From Candidatus Binatia bacterium (lineage in GTDB: Bacteria; Desulfobacterota; Binatia; UBA9968; CAXXLF01), in the NCBI GenBank assembly GCA_963664015.2, contig CAXXLF010000002.1, positions 672,001-736,000 on the forward strand: a stretch of 64,000 bases of DNA. The letters run 5' to 3'. A program made the translations under genes and the position numbers. Position 1 is the first letter of the stretch. Each line of letters starts with the position of its first letter. The notes under the pieces were generated by a model. The model had not been told where the DNA came from. It ran no database searches and saw nothing but the letters and a program-made list of their open reading frames with translations. Positions 30,115-39,909 of the stretch are shown piece by piece.

Positions 30115-30957
30115 CTACTGCAGGGGAGGTGACGTCTTCCCAAGTTGGATAATACGACTACGAATTTCCCTCACATCAGACCCGTCCGGTTGGAGCTCAA
30201 GATACCGCCGATAGTCCTGAATTGCCGACTGCGCGCATTCCAGTTGCTCGTATAAAAGACCACGGTCGCGAAGCTCTTCCGGCCAATCGGCCCGGATCAG
30301 TAGGATTCGGTCAACCACCGATAACGCCTTTGTATAATTCTCCTCATGCAAATAGATGGCCTTTAAATTGTGCAGCATACGGACCAGGATTTCCTTCTTC
30401 CCAACCCCGGCAAGGGATCGGCTCAACGCGATCTCCCGCCGGCGCCCGTGGTATTGGGGCAAGCGGTTGATTAATTCCTCCTCACTTAAAGAGTTCCCTC
30501 CCGAATACGGGTCGAGAACCACTCGACCGGTTTCCTGCCCGAGACTGACCAGAAAATGGCCGGGGAAGGAAACGCCTTTGAGCGACAGTCCGACGCGCAG
30601 GCCAACTTCCATATAGAGGATCGAGAGGGTGATCGGGATACCCAGTCTGCGGTCCAGCACATCGTTCAGGAAGCTGTTGCGCGGATCGTAATAGTTCTCC
30701 CCATTGCCAGCGAATCCTTCCTCCTCGAACAAGACATGGTTCATGGCCGCAATCATATTTTCGGGCGTGGCGGCGGGGGAAAGACGGGCGCGCACATCCC
30801 CCGACAGGTCATCGAGCCGCCGCAAATAGGCACCGATATCCAGCTGGGGATACTCGTCCTGGGCAAAGAGAAGGGCTACCTCTGCGAGGTTGATCCCCTC
30901 TTCCGGGCGGTTGATAAGCCGAGTTAAACGCTCCGTCGTTGGGTTCTCATTAGTCAT
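30115..30957 (-). CDS. SirB1/YchA-family protein (transglutaminase-like + TPR)
   Basis: YYDPRNSFLNDVLDRRLGIPITLS, FPGHFL, LRDRGLLY. Confidence 0.9.
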   Translation of the reverse strand: MTNENPTTERLTRLINRPEEGINLAEVALLFAQDEYPQLDIGAYLRRLDDLSGDVRARLSPAATPENMIAAMNHVLFEEEGFAGNGENYYDPRNSFLNDVLDRRLGIPITLSILYMEVGLRVGLSLKGVSFPGHFLVSLGQETGRVVLDPYSGGNSLSEEELINRLPQYHGRRREIALSRSLAGVGKKEILVRMLHNLKAIYLHEENYTKALSVVDRILLIRADWPEELRDRGLLYEQLECAQSAIQDYRRYLELQPDGSDVREIRSRIIQLGKTSPPLQ

Positions 30958-31026
30958 ACAGCTCTCAAGTGGGCCCTTTCGCAACCATGGTTTGATTCAC
31001 CTTGGAGAAAGCCTAGTTAAGGATCT

Positions 31027-31222
31027 TACCGCAGAGGTGCAGAGAAATAGATTTTTATTTGCCGGGAGACGACGAGAAACAAAATATTCCTCAAATTCAA
31101 GCTATAATTTTTTACCCAATCGTCGTCTCCCGATTGGGCAAAAGGGATTTCCTCAGCGTACGCGGCCTCTCTGCAGTGAAATATCCGAATCCTTATCTGC
31201 GAGAATCGGCGAAAATCTGCAG
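31027..31222. repeat. Structured intergenic element with nested inverted repeats (MITE/REP-like)
   Basis: CGGGAGACGACGA (31063-75) pairs with TCGTCGTCTCCCG (31120-32). There is also a local hairpin CCCAATCG/CGATTGGG and outer GCAGAG/CTCTGC arms. Confidence 0.5.
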
Positions 31223-31272
31223 TTAAGTTATTAGAGCCGGTAAGGATTTCGCACGAGTCGTTTCCGAACTCG

Positions 31273-32319
31273 TTACTCCGTTGTCTCCTCGCCCTGCTGC
31301 ACGTACATAAACCCCAGGTTCTCCATTAACGGCCTGTTGTGGTGGACGAGGAAGCGAGCGGGCTCGTTTCCCGTGTTGAAGTGCTGGTGCCAGCTGAAGA
31401 CCGGGAGGCAGAGGACGTCTCCCTTTCCCCAATCATAGCGTTTATCTTCGATAATGCTGTATCCACTCCCTGACAAGACGTAGTTGACCTCTTCATACAT
31501 GTGCTGGTGAGCACCGGAGCTCTTGCCGGGTGAGATCTCCGCCATGAGCGTGCCCAGGACTCTCATGAAAAAGTTCGTCTTGGGGTCGATCACGTAGGCC
31601 ATTCGACCCATGGGGGTCTTTTGGAAGCAGATGTCCCGTCCCTTTTTCAGTACCTGCCCGGCGCGGCGTTGCTTTTCTTCGCGACTGGCAAAAAGCAGGT
31701 GCTCTTCGTAGAGCCCGTCGGTTTTATTGCTTGGGGGACGGTCAGATTCGGTCTTCATACGCACCCGGTTCCCGTCAGCAGCACCGGGGATTAACGACTG
31801 CATGGACTTCTCCCCTTTACCGCCAAAAACCCAGTATTCCGGGTACCGCTCGTCTTCGTATACCGCCAGCCCCAGAGACAACGACAACGGACCCGTGGTT
31901 GCTGCCACATAAATAAAGTCTTTGCTGTCCGTATTCAGATGGCGATGCCAGGCAAACATGGGAACGGAAATAAAGTCCCCCGCTTCCCAATCGTAGCGCA
32001 CGCCGTCGATGATGCTGTGACCCTTTCCCTGAAGGACATAGATCACGGCCTCCACCGTGTGGCGGTGCCCCAGGGTCTTCCAACCCATCCCCTCTTCTTC
32101 ACCGGCGGGAATACGGTTGATCCAGAAACGAAAGGTCCGATTGTGAAACCCCAGGCGGGGATCCACAAGGTAGACATGGGAGTGGGTCTTGAACTGGGTC
32201 TCTATCTCCTCCGCCTTAACGATCACCGGTGCCTTCTGCCGTTGCTCGACCTCGTTTTTGGCAAAGCGGACCGACTCCATGAACATCTCGTCGCGTTTTT
32301 CAGGCTTTAGAACGGCCAT
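31273..32319 (-). CDS. Bicupin protein with two intact metal sites
   Basis: GHRHTVE..AWHRH and AHQHMYEE..SWHQH. Confidence 0.85.
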   Translation of the reverse strand: MAVLKPEKRDEMFMESVRFAKNEVEQRQKAPVIVKAEEIETQFKTHSHVYLVDPRLGFHNRTFRFWINRIPAGEEEGMGWKTLGHRHTVEAVIYVLQGKGHSIIDGVRYDWEAGDFISVPMFAWHRHLNTDSKDFIYVAATTGPLSLSLGLAVYEDERYPEYWVFGGKGEKSMQSLIPGAADGNRVRMKTESDRPPSNKTDGLYEEHLLFASREEKQRRAGQVLKKGRDICFQKTPMGRMAYVIDPKTNFFMRVLGTLMAEISPGKSSGAHQHMYEEVNYVLSGSGYSIIEDKRYDWGKGDVLCLPVFSWHQHFNTGNEPARFLVHHNRPLMENLGFMYVQQGEETTE

Positions 32320-32329
32320 CGGTAATGTT

Positions 32330-33769
32330 TCAAGGGTTGACCTTTCCGAGGATATCTTTCCACTTCTCGCTGACTCTTGCCCTTTGCTCAGCGCTCATGA
32401 CGTTGGAGGCGGGAAAGTCCTTGAGCCACCGATAGGGTTTGCACGCGTCGATAATCATTCTCGATGAGACAAATCTGCCCTGTTGCCTTTCCTCCGGGTT
32501 AACCCTGGGGTTGATATCGCTGGTGGGAAAATCCTTCAAGACCTCGCTCTGGTAGGCCGGATCGCATCGGCTGGTCACCGCCCAAAAGACGTCTCTCAGA
32601 TCCGAGGGATCGATGTCCTCATCCACCACAATGACGAAGCGGCCCATGCCGAGTGTTGCCCGGACTCCCAGGGCAATAGAGGCCGCCTGACGCGCGTGCC
32701 CTTCGTAGCGCTGTTTGATGGAGATCACCGTCGCGAAGGGACCGTGCATCCACACACCCTTCACATCCTGCACCCCCGCATACTCCAGGGCCGACCAGAC
32801 CGCAGCCGATGGCAGCGGGATGCCGAAATGGTCCATTCCCGGAATCGGTTTGAGGGGCGGTTCCCCAAAGATGATGGGATCGTTACGATGATAGAGGGCT
32901 TTGACCTTGATGACAGGTTCGTTTCTCACGTCGGCGGCATAGTACCCGGTCCTCTCGCCGAAAGGCCCCTCGGGTCTGGATTCCTTTTCGAAGGGAGGAA
33001 TCTCCCCTTCTACCACAATTTCCGAGTTGGCCGGGATGGGCATACCGGTGACCTCACCTTTAATAAAATCCACCGGCTCGCCCCGGAGCCACCCGGCAAC
33101 GCTCAGTTCCTCCACCCCCCAGGGCTCTCGCTGGGCCGCCGCGACAAATACGGCCGGGTCCTGACCAAAGGACAACATCACGGGACAACTCTTGCCCTGA
33201 TTCCAATGTTTTTGCAGGATTAAGCGTCCATGCTGGATGTGATTGATGAATATCCCCAGGGTCGTCTCGTCATGGACTACGACGCGATAGACGCCCATAT
33301 TGATCCATTGCCCCTCCGGATCCCTGAAAAAGACACAGCTGCCGGTGCCTATGTAGTAGCCACCGTCCAGGTCGTGCCATTTGGGTGAGGGAAACTTTGA
33401 TAGGTCGATCTTTCCCGCGCCAAAGACGTTCTCCATGACAGGACCGTCCTTGACCTCTTTGGGAGCAATCGGCTGAAAGGTCTTCAATCGCTCCTTCCAA
33501 GCACGTACTAGCTCCACGTGGCTGGCGCTTGGATCCAATTCCAGAGCCAAGGCCATGCGTTTAACCCCGGAGAGCGGCTTTGCCGCTACACGAAAGCCCG
33601 TTGGGTATCCCTTTATCTTGTCGAACAAGAGCATGGGGTGCTTGGAGCTTCCGGAGATGATTTCGGTCAGGGCGCCGATATCCTCCTCCCGGTCAGCGCC
33701 GTCGATACGAAGAAGGTCTCCGGCTTCGTCTACCCTTTGAATGAACTCTCTGAAGCTTGTGAACGGCAT
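32330..33769 (-). CDS. UbiD-family (de)carboxylase #2
   Basis: DGGYYIGT, NMGVYRV, EGPFGERTGYY, IVVDEDIDP, IIDACKP. Confidence 0.95.
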   Translation of the reverse strand: MPFTSFREFIQRVDEAGDLLRIDGADREEDIGALTEIISGSSKHPMLLFDKIKGYPTGFRVAAKPLSGVKRMALALELDPSASHVELVRAWKERLKTFQPIAPKEVKDGPVMENVFGAGKIDLSKFPSPKWHDLDGGYYIGTGSCVFFRDPEGQWINMGVYRVVVHDETTLGIFINHIQHGRLILQKHWNQGKSCPVMLSFGQDPAVFVAAAQREPWGVEELSVAGWLRGEPVDFIKGEVTGMPIPANSEIVVEGEIPPFEKESRPEGPFGERTGYYAADVRNEPVIKVKALYHRNDPIIFGEPPLKPIPGMDHFGIPLPSAAVWSALEYAGVQDVKGVWMHGPFATVISIKQRYEGHARQAASIALGVRATLGMGRFVIVVDEDIDPSDLRDVFWAVTSRCDPAYQSEVLKDFPTSDINPRVNPEERQQGRFVSSRMIIDACKPYRWLKDFPASNVMSAEQRARVSEKWKDILGKVNP

Positions 33770-33907
33770 GCTGGGTTCTTTCCTATAGAAAATTCAACTG
33801 AACGACTCCAACAAAGGTTTTCGCTTTTCTCCGAACTTAGCGTGCTTTGCGGCTTTGCGCGAGATATATTTTCCCCGATTCCATGCTCCGGGATTCAACA
33901 AAACAAT

Positions 33908-36157
33908 TCAATTGATTTTGGTTAGACCATTCAAGACTTTTTCCGAAGTAATGGGGTTCTCTGTGATCCTCACCCCGGTGGCGTTGTACACGGCGTTGAC
34001 AAGAGCGGGGGCGAGGATACTGACACCCGCCTCGGCAACCGACTTGGTACCGAAGGGACCCGGGCCTACTTTGGCTTGAACCAGTGAAGTGGTCAGCGAA
34101 GGGATATCTTGGATGGTGAAAATCTTATAATCACCCAGGCTCGCAGAGATGACCTTCCCGTCGTCGATGAGGACCTCTTCCGTCAGGCCATACCCAAGAC
34201 CCTGCACAATGCCGCCTTCGATCTGGCCCTGGTGGATAATGGGGTTGATGATCCTACCCACGTCGTAAACGAAATATAGCTGCTTCACCTCGACTGCCCC
34301 TGTTTCTTCGCTCACCTCCACGTCGGCGACAACGGACTGAAAGGAATAGACGTGTGGTTTGTGTCCGTTAAAATGACCGAAGCCCCGAACCGGTTCCCCC
34401 GAGATCTTGGCCAGGTCGTTCAATCCCCACCTCTTCTTGCGGTTGCCCCTCTGGACGACGGTGCCATTGGACCATGTGACCTGATCGCAATCGATGTTCC
34501 ATGAAGACGCGGCGAGGTCGCATAGCTTTTCGATCAAGGAGGTTGCCGCAAGTTGAGTGGCTATCCCTTCGATATGGGTGCCCCGCGCTCCTTTGATACC
34601 CTGATCGTAAGGGGCCGTGGAGGTGTCGCGCACCTCGATCTGGACGCGTTCGGGCTCGACCTGAAGGGTTTCGGAAACGACCTGGCGGTGCATCGTATAG
34701 GCACCGACTCCCTGATCACCGACGCCGCTCACCAGCTTGAGGGCCCCGTCGTTCTCCAGAAACAGCTCAAAACTTGATTCCCCGTGACCCACATGGCGGT
34801 CGCCGAGGGCCACGCCCCGCCCCAGGAGCTTGCCATTCTTTCTTTTCATACCTGGCCGGGAGGGTTTCCACTTGGAGATCTGTTTGACCCGGCGCAATAC
34901 CTCGACAGCATGAGAATCTTCCAGGCTTTCGCCCGTGGACCTGGTGTCGCCCTCGCTCAGCGCATTACGCAGGCGAAATTCCAATGGGTCTAGCCCCAAG
35001 CCCTCGGCCATCACGTCCATATGGCTCTCGACGGCAAACAGAGTTTGGGCCTCCCCTGGGGCACGGAAGTAACCGCCAGGTACCTGATTGGTGTAAACGC
35101 AGTATCCCTCCATCAGGGTGTTCGGAATGCGGTAGGAACCGGCCACCATGAATGCCCCGCTCATGGAACCTTCGGGGTTGGGCTTGTAAGCCCCATAGGC
35201 GCCACCGTTGTAATAGGTCTTACCCTCCCATGCCCACAGGGTTCCGTCCCTCTTGACTCCCGTACGAAGCGTGATCACCGCCGGATGGCGCGGACACGAA
35301 GCCGAGAGCTCTTCGGTGTAGCTCTTGACGAATTTGACCGGTTTCCCCGTCGACCGGGAGAGGTAATAGGCCGCCGGCACGTGAGTTAGAAAGTCTTTGG
35401 CGCCAAAGGAACCGCCCATATTGCTGGGATAGATGGTAATGTCTTTTTCCTCTATCCCCAGATAGAGGGCCAAAACCTTGCGCAGTTTGAAGAAGGCCTG
35501 ATTGCAAACCCAGACCGCCACTCGTCCTTCCGAATCCACCTCGACGGTGCAGGCGTACGGCTCGATGTAGGCCTGGTGCACCATCTGGACTCGATAGTTG
35601 CTCTCGAAGATCTGGTCCGACTCGCGGAAACCCTGCTCTATATCTCCCTTGCCACCTCGAACCAGCGTTTGGACATTGTGCAGATGAGGGGCCTTGGTAT
35701 CGGGTCCGTCATAGGAACCGTAGTCCGGGTGGAGGAGCGGGGCATCGGGCTTCATGGCCTCGAGGGGATCAAAGACCGTTGGCAGATCCTCATAGTCGAC
35801 TTCGATGAGGCCGACGGCCTCTTCCGCAATATCCTTGTCGACCGCCGCAACCGCTGCAATCTCCTCCCCGATGAAACGGACTCGGTCTGTGGCCAAAATC
35901 GGCTGGTCTTTGAGTGTCGCACCGACCAAGCGCGGAGAGATGTCGTTGGCCGTTATCACCGCTTTGACGCCCGGCAGACTCTGGGCCTTGCTGATATCCA
36001 GGTTAAGGATCCGTGCATGGGGTAGAGGACTATGCAGTACCTTACCCCATAAGGTGCCCGGGCGATGGAAATCGGCGGCGTAGTGGCAGCTGCCGGTGAC
36101 TTTGGCGTATCCATCCACTCTGGGCAACGACGTCCCAACAACCTTTCTCATCCCCAT
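33908..36157 (-). CDS. Xanthine dehydrogenase-family molybdopterin-binding large subunit #2
   Basis: KVTGSCHYAAD, HQAYIEP, MGGSFGAK, FRAPG, DQGVG, GQIEGG, GPFGTKSVAE. Confidence 0.93.
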   Translation of the reverse strand: MGMRKVVGTSLPRVDGYAKVTGSCHYAADFHRPGTLWGKVLHSPLPHARILNLDISKAQSLPGVKAVITANDISPRLVGATLKDQPILATDRVRFIGEEIAAVAAVDKDIAEEAVGLIEVDYEDLPTVFDPLEAMKPDAPLLHPDYGSYDGPDTKAPHLHNVQTLVRGGKGDIEQGFRESDQIFESNYRVQMVHQAYIEPYACTVEVDSEGRVAVWVCNQAFFKLRKVLALYLGIEEKDITIYPSNMGGSFGAKDFLTHVPAAYYLSRSTGKPVKFVKSYTEELSASCPRHPAVITLRTGVKRDGTLWAWEGKTYYNGGAYGAYKPNPEGSMSGAFMVAGSYRIPNTLMEGYCVYTNQVPGGYFRAPGEAQTLFAVESHMDVMAEGLGLDPLEFRLRNALSEGDTRSTGESLEDSHAVEVLRRVKQISKWKPSRPGMKRKNGKLLGRGVALGDRHVGHGESSFELFLENDGALKLVSGVGDQGVGAYTMHRQVVSETLQVEPERVQIEVRDTSTAPYDQGIKGARGTHIEGIATQLAATSLIEKLCDLAASSWNIDCDQVTWSNGTVVQRGNRKKRWGLNDLAKISGEPVRGFGHFNGHKPHVYSFQSVVADVEVSEETGAVEVKQLYFVYDVGRIINPIIHQGQIEGGIVQGLGYGLTEEVLIDDGKVISASLGDYKIFTIQDIPSLTTSLVQAKVGPGPFGTKSVAEAGVSILAPALVNAVYNATGVRITENPITSEKVLNGLTKIN

Positions 36158-36192
36158 TGACCCTTTCTTTCCATCCGTACCCTCATTCCAAA

Positions 36193-36262
36193 ATCATCGA
36201 TCTTCAATCACCCAGCCTCTATCCTCGAATTTATATCCTCTATTTTCAATCCTCAATCTTCC
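36193..36262. repeat. Degenerate heptamer tandem repeat (10 x ATCCTCN-like)
   Basis: atcatcg atcttca atcaccc agcctct atcctcg aatttat atcctct attttca atcctca atcttcc. Confidence 0.7.
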
Positions 36263-36279
36263 CGCTGGCCTCGTTTTGC

Positions 36280-37659
36280 TTACTCGAGCCCAAGCTCGCC
36301 CCAACGCTTCAGGACCTTCTGGGTCAGCTCCTCACTCACCATATTTTTTTCCGGGAATTCAACTTCCTTGAACTTGGATGTCGCATCGATACCGATCCGC
36401 GAGGTAAAACCCTGCTTGACCATGGGTTGGTGCCCACCCTTCTGGCGGGGAGGCGTAATCCAGATATCTCTGTGGGGAAGCGCCATGGTGTACAACCTCC
36501 ACCAGATGTCGTTCCAGTCATCTAGATCCGCGTCCGCATCGACGACGATGACCCAGTTGGGAATAATCGTGCTCACACCCCATACCGTATCGATGATTTG
36601 ATTGACCTGGCCCGGTTCGGTGACATCGGCGGCAACGATACAGATCTCCCGTCCGCATCCAGGATCCGGGAACCTCACATCCACAACGCCCGGTGTGCCC
36701 AGGTTCATCAATTTGCCCCAGAGAACCGCAGAACGGGTAATTCGCTTTCCTCCATCCTCCAGGTAATTACAGATCAAGCCCTGGGCGATGGGATCTTTCC
36801 TATGGGTGATGCACTTTACCTTGATGACGCATCCTTCTTCTTCGGTCCCGTAGAACCCATGGGACTCTCCGTGGGGCCCCTCCACCACCCGGACTCCCGC
36901 CTGCACTTCGCCTTCAATCACGATCTCCGAATGGGCAGGGACCGGCATGTCGATGGTCTCACATTGGGTCAGCTCGACGGGTTTTTGTCTTAGTCCTCCG
37001 GCAAAGGCAAACTCGGCGTGCCTGGCTAGGCCGGAGCTTATGGGGTTCATCGATGCGATACAGAGAGTTGGTTCCATACCGATAGCAATAGACATCGGCA
37101 TATTCTGATTGTGGGCTTCCCAACCGCGAAAATGTTTCATCCCATCCCGATGCATGGACATGTAAAGTGTATCTTTATCCTTTATCAAAAGCCGATACAT
37201 ACCCATGTTGAGATCGCCTGTCTCGAAATCTTTTGAGATGCAGCCATGAAAGGTTCCAATATAGGGTCCAATATCCTTCTCGTGCCAGACCGGCGTGGGG
37301 AACTCCTCCAGATTGACCTCGTCCCCCTTGTGCACGATTTCCTTACAAGGCCCCCCCTTCACCTCCACGGGCTGAATGGTTTCATTGAATCCGGAAAGGA
37401 ACCTCTTGAACACTTCCTTCATGTCGCCCTCTACTCCTAAAGCGACCGCAACCTTTTTGTCCGTGGACAGGACATTCGTCAGCACAGGGGTTTTGTACCC
37501 TTTGACGTTTTCAAACATGAGTGCAGGTTCTTTTCGGAGTAACGACACATAGGAGATACCGCCCAGTTCATGAACCGGATCGACTTCCGCCTTGATGCGT
37601 TTAAGCTCTCCCATTCGTTCGAGAGATGAAACAAATTCACGTAAAGAATCAAATGCCAT
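36280..37659 (-). CDS. UbiD-family (de)carboxylase #3 (divergent)
   Basis: DIGPYIGT, NMGMYRL, EGPHGESHGFY, IVVDADAD, IGIDATSK. Confidence 0.92.
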   Translation of the reverse strand: MAFDSLREFVSSLERMGELKRIKAEVDPVHELGGISYVSLLRKEPALMFENVKGYKTPVLTNVLSTDKKVAVALGVEGDMKEVFKRFLSGFNETIQPVEVKGGPCKEIVHKGDEVNLEEFPTPVWHEKDIGPYIGTFHGCISKDFETGDLNMGMYRLLIKDKDTLYMSMHRDGMKHFRGWEAHNQNMPMSIAIGMEPTLCIASMNPISSGLARHAEFAFAGGLRQKPVELTQCETIDMPVPAHSEIVIEGEVQAGVRVVEGPHGESHGFYGTEEEGCVIKVKCITHRKDPIAQGLICNYLEDGGKRITRSAVLWGKLMNLGTPGVVDVRFPDPGCGREICIVAADVTEPGQVNQIIDTVWGVSTIIPNWVIVVDADADLDDWNDIWWRLYTMALPHRDIWITPPRQKGGHQPMVKQGFTSRIGIDATSKFKEVEFPEKNMVSEELTQKVLKRWGELGLE

Positions 37660-37669
37660 GATTTACCTC

Positions 37670-38725
37670 CTAATTTTCAAGTTCTTCCATGTATATGCCG
37701 AGAGAATTAAGCAGCGGCCGGTCCGTGTAGGACAGCAAGACAGCTGCATCTTTTTTTGACGAATTGATGTGTTCATGCCAATGCCAACCGGGGAGCGCGA
37801 AGATATCACCGGCGGACCACTCCAGCCGCTGATCGTTGACCAGGGTAGTCCCCGAACCGCGAAAGACGTGGACCACTGCCGCCGAGGTGTGGCGATGGCG
37901 CTTCGTATGGACCCCCGGCCTGAGCTTCTGGGCGTAGCACCCCATTGACGGCATCACCGGTCCCCCCGTGTGCGGGTTGTAGTACTCCAGCAGCAAATCG
38001 TCAAAGGGACTTGCCTCCGATTCGAGCATGGCGTCCAGCGCGTCGAGCGTCTTTCTCCACGGATACTTAGTCAAGGGCGAATAGGACTTGTCCCATTGAT
38101 ACTCGGCCGGTCTCATGCCCGGTGAGGCAAAGCGGTGAGTCGAGGCCTCGTCCGGTTGTGTCCGTGGCTGTTGCTTAAGGCCGGGGTAACGGGAGAAGAA
38201 GAAGGTGTCCATGTTATCGATGAGCACGGCATCCAGGCCGTCGAGCCAGATCATCGGCCCCTTTCCCTTGTTCTCGTGATCGTGGTAGCTCCACGCGGGT
38301 GTCAGTATCAGGTCACCCGGCTCCATCCAACAGCGCTCGCCATTGGTACAGGTATAGGCCCCCTCACCTTCCAGGATGATACGCAGGGCCGACGGAGTAT
38401 GATGATGGGCAACGGCAATCTCTCCCGGCATGATCATTTGAACCGCCCCTACCAAATTGGGAGTGGTGGCGAAATGGCGCCCCCCCTGAAGACCCGGGTT
38501 ACTGAGTCCCAGGACCCGGCGCTCGACATCCTCAGTGCTCACATGATCTCCAGCACGGAGAATCTGTTCCCTAATCACCGTCCACTTCCAGAGGTAGGGA
38601 ACGGCGCGTCCATGGGGCGGAGACATCTCCTGCAACCAGAGCGGCTTTAAATTCAGGCGCGTGACTTCATCGTAGAAATCCGCCGCCCCAACGTCCGCCT
38701 TCTTTGCCGATGCCTTTCGACTCAT
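37670..38725 (-). CDS. Gentisate 1,2-dioxygenase-like bicupin
   Basis: ERRVLGLSNPGL, AHHHTPSALR, SYHDH, WLDGLD, HRHTS..WHEH. Confidence 0.88.
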   Translation of the reverse strand: MSRKASAKKADVGAADFYDEVTRLNLKPLWLQEMSPPHGRAVPYLWKWTVIREQILRAGDHVSTEDVERRVLGLSNPGLQGGRHFATTPNLVGAVQMIMPGEIAVAHHHTPSALRIILEGEGAYTCTNGERCWMEPGDLILTPAWSYHDHENKGKGPMIWLDGLDAVLIDNMDTFFFSRYPGLKQQPRTQPDEASTHRFASPGMRPAEYQWDKSYSPLTKYPWRKTLDALDAMLESEASPFDDLLLEYYNPHTGGPVMPSMGCYAQKLRPGVHTKRHRHTSAAVVHVFRGSGTTLVNDQRLEWSAGDIFALPGWHWHEHINSSKKDAAVLLSYTDRPLLNSLGIYMEELEN

Positions 38726-38742
38726 CTCCGTCTCCCGGGGTT

Positions 38743-39882
38743 TTACGCGCTCGCCTTTAGCCCCACCTTCCTGAGATTGGGAAGGACTTCCTTCGACAGC
38801 AGTGAAAGGCTCTTCTCCACATCCCTCATCCTGAACCTGCCGAAGACCGGACGCAACATTATCTTATTCGTACCCAGTGTTTTACATTGGGAAAGGATTT
38901 GCTCGGTGACGTAGCCCGGATCTCCCGAAATGGCAATACCCGAATCCTGCAGATCCTCGTACGACCAGCCCTTGATCTCCATAACACCCACGTGCTGGCC
39001 CTTCTTATAGGACGTGGCGCGCTCGCTGAAGTACTTGTCCTCGACGCTCCGGCCATACTTGGCCGGCGAGCCGCCAAACTCCTCGGCGGGTCCAATAAGG
39101 AGTTGTGACTCCGCCTCTTCACGGGCCTTGGCATTAGTCTCGGCCACGTAAACGTCCCGCGAGACCACGCAGTGATCCTCTTCCGGTTCCCAACCGCAGT
39201 TCTCCTTAGCGTAACGGCGATAGTAATCGAAGCTCTCCTGGATCTGTTCTGTCGGCGACCATGACGCGGCGAGCCGCACCTTATTCTTTGCCGCCCACTC
39301 GATGCTCTCGGCGCTGATAGAGGGGATCCAGGTCTCCGGTATCGGCTGCTGCAGCGGCCTCGGAAGGAAGGCAACGTAATCCAGGTCCCAGTGCTTCCCG
39401 TGGTGTGCGAACGGCTCCTCCGCCTGCCAACCCTTCTGGATGATCTCCCACCCTTCTTCGAAACGCTCGCGGGACTCGGACGACGGGATCTGGAAGGCCC
39501 AGAAGTCCCCCCCTCGGGTCAAGCCGACCACGAGGCGCCCGTGGCTCAGATTGTCCAGGAGGGCAAGCTCTTCACCCAGTCGTACGGGATGATGCAGAGG
39601 AAGGCAGTTCCCCATCAAGCCGAGCTTGATCTCTTTGGTTATCACGGAAGCCGCGGCAACGAAGAGGTTGGGCGACGGCGAGAGGCCGTTAGCCGCCCTT
39701 GCATGGTGCTCCGGAAAGAACAGCCCGTCGAATCCATAGACCTCCTCCGCCTTCTTGATAAAATCCATCGCCTCGTCGTAGATCTCCAACCCCAGGGCGC
39801 GGTCGTAGCTGCGCCCCTTCATCAGGTAGTCTCCTGTCACCCGTTTCGGATATCCGATACGGACGAAAAGCCAAACTTTCAT
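38743..39882 (-). CDS. LLM-class (luciferase-like) flavin-dependent oxidoreductase
   Basis: GFDGLFFPEHH, SPSPNLF, LPLHHPVRLGEELALLDNLSHGRL, PRPLQQP. Confidence 0.92.
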   Translation of the reverse strand: MKVWLFVRIGYPKRVTGDYLMKGRSYDRALGLEIYDEAMDFIKKAEEVYGFDGLFFPEHHARAANGLSPSPNLFVAAASVITKEIKLGLMGNCLPLHHPVRLGEELALLDNLSHGRLVVGLTRGGDFWAFQIPSSESRERFEEGWEIIQKGWQAEEPFAHHGKHWDLDYVAFLPRPLQQPIPETWIPSISAESIEWAAKNKVRLAASWSPTEQIQESFDYYRRYAKENCGWEPEEDHCVVSRDVYVAETNAKAREEAESQLLIGPAEEFGGSPAKYGRSVEDKYFSERATSYKKGQHVGVMEIKGWSYEDLQDSGIAISGDPGYVTEQILSQCKTLGTNKIMLRPVFGRFRMRDVEKSLSLLSKEVLPNLRKVGLKASA

Positions 39883-39909
39883 AGATGTCTCCTTGTTATT
39901 GAATAAGAA

